Below are positions 33,801 through 45,800 of a stretch of 64,000 nt of DNA, one piece after another. Both the position numbers and the translations under genes were made by a program. Below the pieces are notes generated by a model that was not told the DNA's origin, made no database searches, and saw nothing but the letters and a program-made list of their open reading frames with translations. The DNA comes from Eutreptiella sp. 'Long Island Sound 2002' (taxonomy: Eukaryota > Protista > Euglenida), in contig OZ038378.1 of assembly GCA_964036045.1 (NCBI GenBank), forward strand, positions 172,980,001-173,044,000, written 5' to 3'. Position 1 is the first letter of the stretch. Every line of letters begins with the position of its first letter.

Positions 33801-36800
33801 ACATTTCGTGGGACAATTGATTTTTCTAGCGTGGGGGGAGGGGCGTTCGAGCCTATGTTTCTTCTCATGCAGCCCCTAGCCTTCACACGGGCTCCCATGA
33901 CCAAGGCTTGCTCACCCACCAACAGGGCTTGTCAAGGGGATCCGGTTTCGCGCATGCTTGCGTGCTGCTGCTCGCTTGGTACTGCTTGCTGCTTGCTTGC
34001 TAAAACTGGTAGGTCCACCCTCGACACTAAAGAGGGTTACAAAATCAAGACTGGGTCCACCGGCACGGTGACCCCAACCCAAACCTAACCCATTCTAACC
34101 CTAGGGGCATGATTTGAACTCATATATGGGCAAAAATCACAACTAGTGGTTGTGGTGCTTTGTATTTTGCCCAATTTTTGGTGGATGATACCTATGAGTG
34201 TGAGGGACAATCACACAAATTTATAGCAAGAAACTCCTTGGAGGCGGCCAGAAACAAGGCCGCAAGCAGCGGACCCGGTTTTCAAAAACTATCCAGATAT
34301 GTTTCCGTCAAGCCAGTTTCACACCCCACGCTCAGTGCAGTCCCGCCTACCCCCCCCCCCCCCCCAACTAAAGCTCAATTAAAAGCCAAGCGACAGATGG
34401 AGCGCAAACTCAGTTCCCTGATGAGACTGAATGCACACTTGGACGATTTGGCCAGCCAAGGCTATGTGCTGGTGTTTACTGACGGCTCATCGGAGCATTT
34501 CTCCTCCATTGGCTGGGTGGGTGGTTATGGTATATATTCGGATGTGGGAGTTGAGGTTTCCTGTTTTGTGCCTGTCAATACGAAGCAGACCACAAATTCT
34601 GTCGATCTCTTGGCAGCGGCCACTGCGCTAAACCTTCATGCAGACTATGATAAGGTGGCTTGTGTGCGGATTCCGCATATGTACTTTTGGGGGCAAACAG
34701 GGCGGCTAGGCGATGGAAAGTCAACGGGTGGAAAGGGTCATCAGGCCCAGTGTCAAAAATACCCTTATCGTGGGATTTGCTCAATTATTTGAATAACACT
34801 TTGTAGGAATTGAAGTGGGTCAAAATCCCGTCCCATGTAATGTCATCGGTAACGAGCAGGCGAACACCCTGGCAAACCAGGGCAGGGCGAACAATCCGTT
34901 GTATCCGGCGAAGAACACACCCCATGGGCGCCAATTGCACCCCTCCTGTACCCCTGCACGCACAGACAAAAGGCCCAAGGTCGGGACCCCAGGGGATTCT
35001 CCCATCAGGCCTCTCGTTCTGAATTTCAATGATCCTCCGAACATCCTGTGCATCACCCGCCGCCGCCTGAGGCTGAATCGCACCCCGTTTTGAGCCTTGA
35101 CGACCTGGGTCTGGAGACCATGCCAGATGGTGTGATGGATATATATCCCCAGCACATTCGGTGCTGACCTTCCTGCAGACCCCTCCAGAAATCCACACCA
35201 GGCAGCCGTCCACCTCCTGCAGCGAGAAGGGTTGGTCGCCCGTATGTGTTGTTAGAGTTGTTTTCCGCACCGATCAGTGCCAGAGGGAACAATAAGCGAC
35301 GGGCGCGAAGCCTATCCACCTCTTGTAGCGACAGGGACACGCCCTAATGCCCAGCTCCTACCAGGGATCACCTGTTGGCTGTTGCTCCACGTGTGCCTTA
35401 TGGCTTTGTTTCCAGGTCCGGATTTTTTCAGCCTACTGCAGGTCATACACAGGGCTTGCCGGGATGGTGGGCAAACGAAAGTGTACCTTTGCACTGTGTG
35501 TTTATGAAGTGTCTCTAGAACTCATTGAACATTGGCTGGAGTTGCCTTGGCGGGGGATCCAGTATCTGTTACCGACCATGATTGAGCCTGGGAGGGGCCT
35601 TCCTAAAAAAAGGCACCGACCTGTGTCTTAGAACGAAGAAGCACCTGCACAGGGCTGGGGCTTGTCCGCACGGTGTGCATGGGCTCTGGCGCTGGGGCTG
35701 GGGCTGGGGCTGGGGCTGAGGCGCGGTCTGGGACGGGGCGGCCGGGGGCAGGCGGGTTGTTCCTGAGGTGCTCTGCCGCCTCCTGAATGGAGGTCTGGGC
35801 GTTGGCCTTGAGGTTCTCGACATGGGGCTTCATGGCCTTGGGCTGCCGAAGCTGAGCCTCCGCCGCGAGTAGGATGGCGGCCTGGCGCACGTCGACGTTG
35901 GGGCTGTCCAGGGCTGGCACAACCTTGCGGGTCATGATGGCGTCCACCCCCAGTGAACCCTTGAGACTGAAAGTGCGCACCAGCTGCGCGGTGAACCCGA
36001 GCTTGGCGATCACCCGGCGGGGGTTGTTGGCGTTCTGTTTTGATTTGCGGGCGTCCTGTGGGAGGGCATGGGTATCGGAGTTGTGGTAGATTCTGGGGTG
36101 CAGATGCGCTGGTGAGTGTAGACAAAGTGAGGGAGGGGAAGCGGAAGGGCGTGTGGCTGGGTGATGGGGAAAGACAGGGGCTGTGCTGGGAAGGACGAAG
36201 GGGAAAGCACTGCGCAGGTGAGAGAGCTGGATGGGTAGGTGGGTTGAGAGGAGGGAGGGTGTGGCAGTAAGGAAAACAGAGACATGAGGGAGGGAGGGAG
36301 CAAGGGCGGACAGAGAGGGAGGGAGGGCGGGAGCTAGGGTGTGAGGTATGTAGTTGGTCACCCAGCTGGAGTATCCAGTAAGGTTTACAACCTTTTCTAA
36401 GGTCTGGGCCGGATGTACGCTTTCTGGCAGCAACAATCTGTTTCTGGGCCTCATGGTTACATGGCAACCCTACCCTACTTAGCAAGTGCATAGTGTGCTG
36501 TTCCATGGTGCCAATGGGGCATTGAAGGGTGTTGATGCTGCCAGTAGCCCTTTTGCTGCAGCAGCATTTGGGCGGCAGCTCGCTGCAGCCAACCCCCGCC
36601 CTGTTACCAATTGAGGGGCTATAGGGGTGCTTACCCCTAGCCGGGAGCGGGGGGGGGCTGGAGAGGAAGACAAATGACCCTACCCCTAGCCAGGAGGGAG
36701 GGAGGAAGGGGCGGACACCCCTACCCTACAACAAGTAACGGTGCCCCTTGGCTGAAGGAGGGGTAGGGTGGACCATCACCGACAGATAACCCTTGAACCC

Positions 36801-39800
36801 TTGAACCAGGAGGGACCCGATAAACCCTACCCATAGTCAGGAAGGGGGGGGGGGCGGCTAGAAATGGAGCAAGGATCGCAATTGGCAGGCTTTGGAAAAG
36901 ACGGAAGGTGAGATGTAGGAAGGAGATTGCCCAAGGGCCTCCTCCATAAAGTTTCTGCTTGTCCCTTAGAAAGTGAAAAACCAAAGGTCCAGAACACGAA
37001 TGACAGTGTCCGCGCGAGTCCATAGATCTGGCCGGTCCTGATAGTGACTGATTGCCTCACTATGCATCTGCAGGATCCAATTCATTTGGAATCAGTAAAT
37101 ACCGAAAAGAAAGTAGACACTAGGAAATTGTGAGCATGGCTGGTGCTTCCCTCCATCTACAGCAGGATGGCACCTCGTGTGTGGCAGCAACGGTCCAAAC
37201 CATCCTTGGGGGCCACCCCGGCGGGGGCAGCCGCTAACTCAGTACTAACAGGCCCGACCAGGCTTCAGTTCTGAAATCGTGAGGGGGAAGGGTTTCCGAT
37301 CTCCCTCCTGGCTAAGCAGGAGGGCTTCGCGGTTTCCCTTCCCCTTCCTCCTTCCGGTGAGCACTTGCCCCACGCTCCTTCGGGCCGGTTGTACAGATGC
37401 TAGGGGTGGGCTGGGGTTGGCCCATCGTGCAGGTGCGGCGGGATCCGCACATCAAACGTCTGCCATTGATTGGCATATGGCCATACTATGGGGAATACAC
37501 CCAAACCCGTCCACTAGGAGGGAGACGAATAAAACCCTACCCCTAACGAGGAGGGAGACCGGCAACCCCACCCCCAGCCAGGAGTAGGGGGGGGGGGGGC
37601 AGATAACCCTCCCCCTAGATGGGAGGGAGGCTGGAAGGGACAGGTACCCCTACCCTGCGGCGAGTAACGGTGCCCCTTGGCCACTGCAGGGGGGGTGGGG
37701 TTACTTGAGAGGGTCCTTTAACACCAAAAGAACTGTTGCAGCCTTTGCTCCGGTGGTAGGGATGGGGTTAGTGGCCGCATCCGCAATGTGGACCCAGGGA
37801 CAGTTTGGACCACTACCGCCACGCACGTGGCATTGCCATCATGATGTAGATGGAGGAAAGCCCCAACCATGCTCACAGCTTTCTAGTGTATATTTTTTTT
37901 CTCTCGGCATATACTAGTTTCAAATGAATGGCATTCCAGAGATGATCAGTGAGGCAGCTGATCGTTGTCGAGGCTAGCTAGGTCTATGGACGTGCTTGGA
38001 CACCGTCATGCCTTCTATGTCCATATTTTGGGACTTTCCGTTTTCGTGTTCCAAGAGACACCCAAAACCAACTTTATGGAGGCCTGTGGGCCATCTCCTT
38101 CCTTGTTATATCTCACGTTCCATCTTTTCCAAAGCATGCCACTAGGGGGCCATGCTCCTTTTTCAGCCCCTCCCACCCCCAGCTAGGCGTAAGGTTACTT
38201 GTGTCCCTCTCGGTTAGGGGTAGTGTTATCCGCCGGTGATGGTCCACCCTCTCTCTGCTACTCAGGGTACAGGTACCTTTCCTCCCTCCCTCCCTTCTCG
38301 GGGTAGGATTATCTGTCTCCCTCCCCACTCCCGGCTCAGGGAAGGGTTGCCGGTCTCCCTCCTTATTCGGAGTAGGGTTGCTCCCAAGGAGGGGGTTGCT
38401 GGTGACCCTCCTGGCTCAGCAAGATGCTTTCCAGTTTCCCTCCCCCTTCCTCCTCCCAGTGAACATTAGCCCCACGTTCCTTGGGGCGGGTCTTACACGC
38501 CGGGGATGGGCCGCGTGTGGCCCACCGTGTGGGTGCGGCAAAAAAGTGTACACCACCCAGTGCTCCCAAGTGCGGAAAGCGAAAGCCGCAGCAGCCCTCT
38601 ACTGCTGGTCTATGCGCGGCTGATGGGGGCGTGTGTGCTACATGGGGCACACTAAGGGCAGGGGTTCGACCAGTAGGAGGGGGCAGGGTTAAAGGGAGTA
38701 AGGGCTGTTGTTGGAGCAAGGGGTGTATGTGGGTGGTGTGTGTCCGCAAGGGTGCAGCAAAAAAGTGTGTGGCACCCAGTGCTCCGAAGTGCCCTTCCGC
38801 CTCAGCACCAGGGCCTTGACTGGGCTTAAGTTCTGAAACCGAATAAGTTGCATTATATATGTATTCCCCATAGTATGACCATATGCCAACAAATGGCGGA
38901 AATTTGGTGCTTGGGCTGGGCAGCCCCCACAGTTGCGCTGCTCCCTTGCGGACGGACACACAACACCCGCATACACCCCTTGCTCCAACCACAGCCCTTC
39001 CTCTTTTTCACCCTGCCCCTTCCCACCAGCCAAACCCCCTGCCCCTCTTGTGCCCCATGTGGCAGACACGCCCCCAACAGCTGTGCACCCACCAAGGGGG
39101 TCCCTCAGGGGGTCCTTCTGCGAGACCCTTCATAGAGATCCTTCAGCGAGTTTCTACACGGGGTAGTCCTACATGGTGGTCCTTCCAGGGGGTCCTTCAG
39201 AGTTCTTTCAGGGGCATCCTTCATGGGGATTCTTGAGAGTGGTCCTTCACAGGTCCTTAAAGGGGGCCCTTGACCCACGGTCCATTGCACCTGCGGGCGA
39301 CCTTGGAGCTTGTTTCCCAGCCCCCCCCCCCCACATACACCTCTAATTAGGTTCCAAAGGCCAGGCCCACCAAAAGTATCGCAGGATATCTGAAACCTTC
39401 TTCAAAAATGGGGAGGCCGGGTTTTCGTTTCCGGGGGGGGGTCGATAGAGCCCTCCGGCCGGACCCCCCCCTCCCCCAAAAAGGGCTCAATTGACAGGAC
39501 CCCCAAAATCCTACCGAGTCTGACCCCCAGGCCTTGGAGGTGACCCAGACCCAAAAATCGGCAAATAAGAAAATGGGATTTTTGGAATCAGCGCGTCGAG
39601 GGGGTTCAGAAAAGTCATCATTTGCCATATATTTGGTGAAAAAAATCGACCAATTTTAGTGCTCAAAATTTTTTTCGGCGCCTTTGGCGCCAGACTTCAT
39701 AATGACTGATTAATGGTGCCTGTCAATTGAGCCCTTTTCCCGAACCCCCCCCCCCCAGTTTTGGGGGGCTCTATTGACCGCCCCCCCCGGAAATGAAAAC

Positions 39801-42800
39801 CCGGCATGCCATGTGTTTTGAAACAAAATTCAGGCAAATCTTGTTCAGCCCCCAATTTTTGTTTCAAAAATCTATTCTGAACCAATGCTGGAAAAAAACA
39901 AGTCCGACCTTTCAAGCATGTTTTCAAGACCCCCCTGGCCACCCATTACTTTACATCGGTTCGAAGGGCCCCCCCTCCCTGGAGTTGCAAGAGGGATTTT
40001 TCAAGAAATCCTTCACAGGGCTCTTTTTTGGGAAGTCCTTTGAGGGGTCGTTCACAATGGCCATTCAAGGGGGTCCTCAAGTAGGGTCCTTTATTGGGGT
40101 CCTTCAAGGGATCCTTCAAGTGGGCCTTTTAGGGAGGTCGTTCATGGGAATTCTTTAGGCTTTAGGCTTGAGGCGTCACTCAGGGGGTCCTTCCCGGTGG
40201 TCTATCAAGGCAATCTCGTAGAGGGGTGCTTTAGCAGGGTCCTTAGGGGGGTCTGGAAATGGGGTCTTTGAGGGGGGTCCCTATGGAGCTGCTTCAACTG
40301 GTGTACAACATGTTCCCTTCCCCACCAGCTTGGTCCTAAATAAATCTTGATTAGGTGGAGAGCAGACTTGCCACTGGTTCCAGCAGCGCCAGTGAGTCTT
40401 GCTCGGGATCAGCGGTGCGCCATGTGCTACTCAGTAGTACCTGCCCCTGGCACACGCAGAACTCAGTACAAAACAGCTGCATCCAGCGCACAACTCAGTG
40501 GGATCTGGCTCCTTGAAATCATTGTCTGAGGTGGTAGATGCAAGACTGCGTGCAGGCAGGGGGGTTGGGGGTGGGGCAAATGCTGGGAGGTACCGGGGTC
40601 AAGAGGGAGGAATCGCGACCTCGTCATCGAACAGATGGTGCACAACCAGCTCGAAGCACTGGGTGCTGCGATGCGCCATATCCAGCAAAACGCTTTGTGT
40701 CTGCTCGCGCATCCGCTGGATGTTGTCCGCCGCCTTTGCCATGAGGGCGGGCATAAGAGGAGCAAGGAGGGACTGCAAACCCTCGGGAGGCAAAACCTGC
40801 ACGAGGATGCAGCACAAATTGATGGATAGCCTGCACCTCTTTGCTGTCCACAGAGAGGCACATCGACACAGATCACAGGCCCTCAGGTCGGCACCGAGGG
40901 CACAGGGCACAGCCACAGGGAGACAGAGAAGAACGTGCGCAGGCGAATCCGCAGCACAAAAACACGGTTTCCAGGAGTGCCACGGGCGCTCGAATGGCAA
41001 TGTGTGTACAATGACGTGTTGGTGCTGACCTATGACAGTCGTTGTGGAAGCATCTGCTCCCAAATGTCGGTGTCTGTGAGCCCAAGAACGTCTGCGCACG
41101 GCCGAACAGCGAGAGAAGAAAGAAGAGCAACGGACAGGAGATAGTGTGCACGCGCGGCTCAGGCGTAATTCCATTCGTCCCCTCGTACAGCCCAGCGCCG
41201 AGCAGTTTTGTTACACAATAGCACCTGCAGCACGGTCTTGAGGAGCGCAAGGCAGGAGAAGTACACGGCGAGGTTGGGATCCCCAAGGCCGCAGCCCTTG
41301 AGGGTCAGGTACTGGCAGCAGACCCCGCCAGCGTGCGCCGCAGCGACGCCGAGCTCCTGCCCGGCCTGCAGCCGCTGCGCCAAAGCCTTGATGCAGGGCT
41401 CCCGCAGGCCCTTCTCCTTCCCGAGAAGACACATGGCGCAATATTCCCCGAACGCCGCTGCCAGCGGCGCCGCCTTCGATGTCTCGTCTGCCGCCAAAGG
41501 AGTGGCCTGTCGGAAGCAGAGCACAGGTATGTCTTGTTCTGTTTTATTGTGTACTAAACGCTTTGGCCAGAGTCGTATTGGTCCCCTCCCGAAGATTACC
41601 CACCTTCTCTCGTGTGCTGCAGCCCTGCCCTCTGTTTACGTCGTTTTCCCCCGTCTGTGCCCCGTGCTGTCAGTGCTCTGTGGCATGGCCAAAGAAAACA
41701 AAACAAACTGCCATCTGGCCTTCTCCACAACTTTTCAATTCTCTTCATGCAGTGACAGTGTGGGAAGACAGTTGGCCTTGAAACAGCACATCCTACTCAT
41801 TCACTCATGTGTTCAGAGCTGTACGGTTTCAACTTCGCACCTTGCACAGGCCATGCACTGCTCCACATTTTGCACATTGGATGCCGATCAGATCATTCGG
41901 CGGTGTTCTGACATGCGAAAATTCCTCTGGGGGCTCCTTGTTGAGGAATGCAGCACGCTACTGACACTTCATAGCTCGCAGGATGTGAAATGCTCTCTTT
42001 GCCACACCTACCGGTCACATGAACGTATAGCACATCACTTTATTCTACACCACTCAGCCTTCCGGCTGTCAAACAGACACACCACCCAGGCTGCTGAAGT
42101 GGTGCAACACGCACACCAGGGCATACGTGCACCCGGCGAGGCATTCAGGAAAATGAGACAACTATGTTTCATCTGCCTGCGATGTGCACAAAACATGCAC
42201 AGAACTGTTACATTAGGCGGCAGGATTTCCTATGGCCGCAGTGGGGATCTCCCAGATCACTCATTCCGTTAACGGGGAGTGTACAGTTGGTGCCACTGAG
42301 GGTGATACCCCTTGGAGCCACCTTTGGTCCTTTTCCTGTCGACCTCCACGTCTCTCGCCGCACTGCATTTCTGCCATGGTCGCTGAGGCTTGAATACAGG
42401 GTGGGGTCATGCAGGTGTAGGCATGAGCACAGAGAGAGGGGGCGGGTAGAAGTGGAGACTGGCCATGTGTATGAGCACGAGCGGGGCGCGGGCGCGGGAG
42501 GTGACCCCCCATTGGCATATGCAAGAGCGTCAACACACAATACAATTGGAGTCGCATGGACCACCATCCTCGAGAAACATGGCCATCCCTCTGCCTGTCC
42601 GCACCCCGTGCCCCCCGGCCAGTTTCACAGTCCTCGCACTGCGGCAATGGCACTTGGTGCGACAAACAACGGAGTGTTATCGAGTGTGATGATCCACCGT
42701 GTCCGTCGCTGTACTTTGATGGGTCAAACTGTGTCGCTATTTCAGTCAAGTGCTGCAAAAAATTTAGAAAAGGGGGAAAGGGGGACTCTGTTCCACAAAA

Positions 42801-45800
42801 GTTACGCAACAAAATGCGTAGAGCAGAAGTTCGGAGACATGAACAATCCAAAATGTTTTGCTGAGGCAGCGCCCAGAATCCTTCGGGCCAACTTCAGAGC
42901 CCTTCGGTCACGGAGATGGAGGTGCAAGAGGAGACACAACACTTGCCACTCAACACAGGACTGTCTGTCGTAGGGGCATGGCCACGGGCAGGGGCAGGGG
43001 CAGAGCATGGGGACGTTCACGCACAGGGGCATAGACATCAGGGTCTCGGGGGCACGGGCACGGGCAGAGGCACACGGGCGAAGGCACAGACCAAAACATG
43101 GGCAAAGGCATTGTGCACCTGCAGGCCCTTGGCATTGAACTCCTGAATGCTGTGGAACAGCTCCTGGGCCCACGGCGGCAGCCCTGCGGTGTCGTACGCC
43201 TCCGTGGGGCCACCGCCGTTCGGCACGGCCCCGGCCCCGGCCCCGGCCCCAAGGCCCATACTCGCGAACGCGCCCTTCGGGACCTCGGTGCTGAACGCCA
43301 CCCGCGAGGCCCCTTTCGAATTGAAGGGGTCGGGGTCCGCCATCGGGTCGTAACCGGGAGTGAACCGCCCCACCGCGACCGGGCTTTGTGCACCCCCCGG
43401 TGCTGCGTCCGGCGCCGCCTCACCGCTGAGCTCTCTCCGCCCTCCCTCTGCTACGTCTGCCAATGTCTCCGGTGCGTAGCCATTGTTTGGCTCCGCTGGG
43501 GGTGGCGGGGGTGCACTCGCGACTGGGCTCTGGAAGCGGGGCGCAAGGTGCGGGGGCTGAAAGGACGGCACGGGGGTGTCGCCGACCATGTGTTCAGGCG
43601 CACTGGCAACCACCTGTACAATACAAGGAGAACCATTCCACACCTTTCTCGGGGAAGATGTGGCCTTTCGTGGACGTGACCGTGCACGACAAAGCACGCG
43701 ACACTATGCCCCGCCCCCCTCTGAAGAGTGCGGGGTGAGGCGAGTCCCTCTCCGCGTTGCGGAGGTGCGGGTGCGGCAGCCAGGGTGGCCAGGGTGGCCC
43801 TCCCCCGTGAGGCGTCGGTCGCGGTTCCATGCCCAGCCCCCCTCCCTTTTGAGGTGCGGGTGGGGGCTACAGCCAATGGTCCGTAAACGGAGGAGATGAC
43901 GCTGTATGAATACTCTCTGGTGGCGTCCAGCAGTCAGAAAGTAACACCCCGAGGCCCGCTCGGTGGTGGGGCAATCACACAGAGTAGTGCAAGCGAGGGC
44001 TTTGCTTAGTCTCGGTTTAGGTGCGGAAGAGCGGTATGGCAATGCAGGGGCGGCAGAACTGGGGGGAGGGGGGGGGGGGCACGCCGACCCAGTCGAGACC
44101 CGAAGCCCAAGCCCAAGCCAAAGCCATCATCATCATCATCGTCACCATCGTCATCGTCGTCTGCGGCAGCAGCATCATTACCAGCATTGTCACTTTGTTG
44201 CCTCGGGGTTGCTGCTCTAATTGCTGCCGTGGTTGGTTCGGCCTGATTTCCATCGTCACAAGGCACTGGCCAGGGATGGACAACAATGGAGGCCCAAGAG
44301 GGGGTACCCTGGATGCACACCCCCTTCCCATGAAGGGTTCCCGTTGCCCCTTCCACGGGGAAACCACACAGCAGCAAGCTGCAAGCAAGCACAAGCAAAT
44401 TGGCATGAAGTGGTTCAAAATCCTACCCCAGCGTGCGAGCTCAGGTTCGGCCTCAGTTTTGGTGGATGATGTTGAACGGCTCCGATTTTGAGCAAAAACC
44501 CGTCAGTGCCCACCGGCTACGGGTCTTGCACGTGAAGGTGGTGGATTCCAAAAGTGTCCAAAATGGCGAATAAAACTGTAGTTTCTGATTTTGGGGGGGA
44601 TGGAAGAGGCTTTTGGCGGGTGATATATGCGTTCAAAGCTTCATAAGCGATGAACAACTTTCCTCATTGTTGGCATATTGTATACCCAGCTGCGCCCCCT
44701 CCATGAGTTGTTATGTAGCTCAAGCGGCCTACAAAGGCCGTTGAAATGATCCAAAATGCCCAACACTTCAACCTTTGACCACATTGGATGGCTTTGAACA
44801 TTCTGCATGTCCTGCATGACCCCCCTTAGGGATGAATGGGGATGAAAGGAGTAGTGGTAGGCCACTTGCACAACACACGCCCTTTCCCACACAGCCTTGG
44901 CCTTTGACTCCCAAACTCCTCCGCAGTATACATTGCATGCGCCGTTGCCGGACACTGCTCCAACGCACACCTGTGGGCTCTGGGCACCGAGGGGAAAGGC
45001 CGGCCCTTGCGGTGGCGGAGCCCCACCGTTCCCGAAGAGGCCGGACCCACCACCGGCGCCAGGGTGTGCCGCAAAATCACCGCTGAACTGCATCTGCCCG
45101 CCGGACGGGTGCGGTGCAAAGTTGCCGCTCGCAAAATTCCCTGCCTCGGGCCCTTCCGGGGGCGGCTGGCCACGGAACGGCATGGGGGAGGCGACCGGCA
45201 GCAGAGGCTGAGGGGGGTCGATGTTGCGCAGGCGGTCGATCTCGCGCTTCAGATTTCTCGCGCCGTCATAGTCCTCGGCGGCCACCGCCTGCATCTTTAG
45301 CGCCTCGAGCTCCTTAATGCGTGTCGCGTGCTCCTTCAGCTCTGCAATGCGCTGTTTGCACAACTTGGCAGCCTCGTAGTCCTCGTCCTCAACGGCCTTG
45401 TTCTTGCAGATTGCGAGCTGCCGCAGCTTCTCCCACGTCAACGCATCAAACTGGCCCTCGTCCGCCTGCAGCTCCCGCTGGACCTGCACCGGTACGCGTA
45501 TTGCAAATCGAATCCATCATTGTGTTGGTGTTGTTCTTGTTTGCTGGTGCTGGTGTTGCTGCTGCTGTTGCTGTTGTGGCTGTTTTTGATGTGCTGCTGC
45601 TGTTGTGACTGTCATTGTGGTCGTTGTTGCTGTGACGGTTGTTGTGGCTGTTGCTGTGGTGTCTCTCATTGAATACTCTCATTGAATGGCCCAGAGCTCC
45701 CCTGTCGCTGAGGTTCCTCCTCCAGACCTCCCCTTCTGCGCGACATTGCGTCTGCTGAACACGATGGGCCCCCCGACCGCTCCACTCGGTCTTCCTGTTC

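Noticed and set aside
43640-43960. Additional CEP104 exon
   Set aside because: A donor-like site exists, but the peptide is unconvincing and the flanking exons already join in phase.
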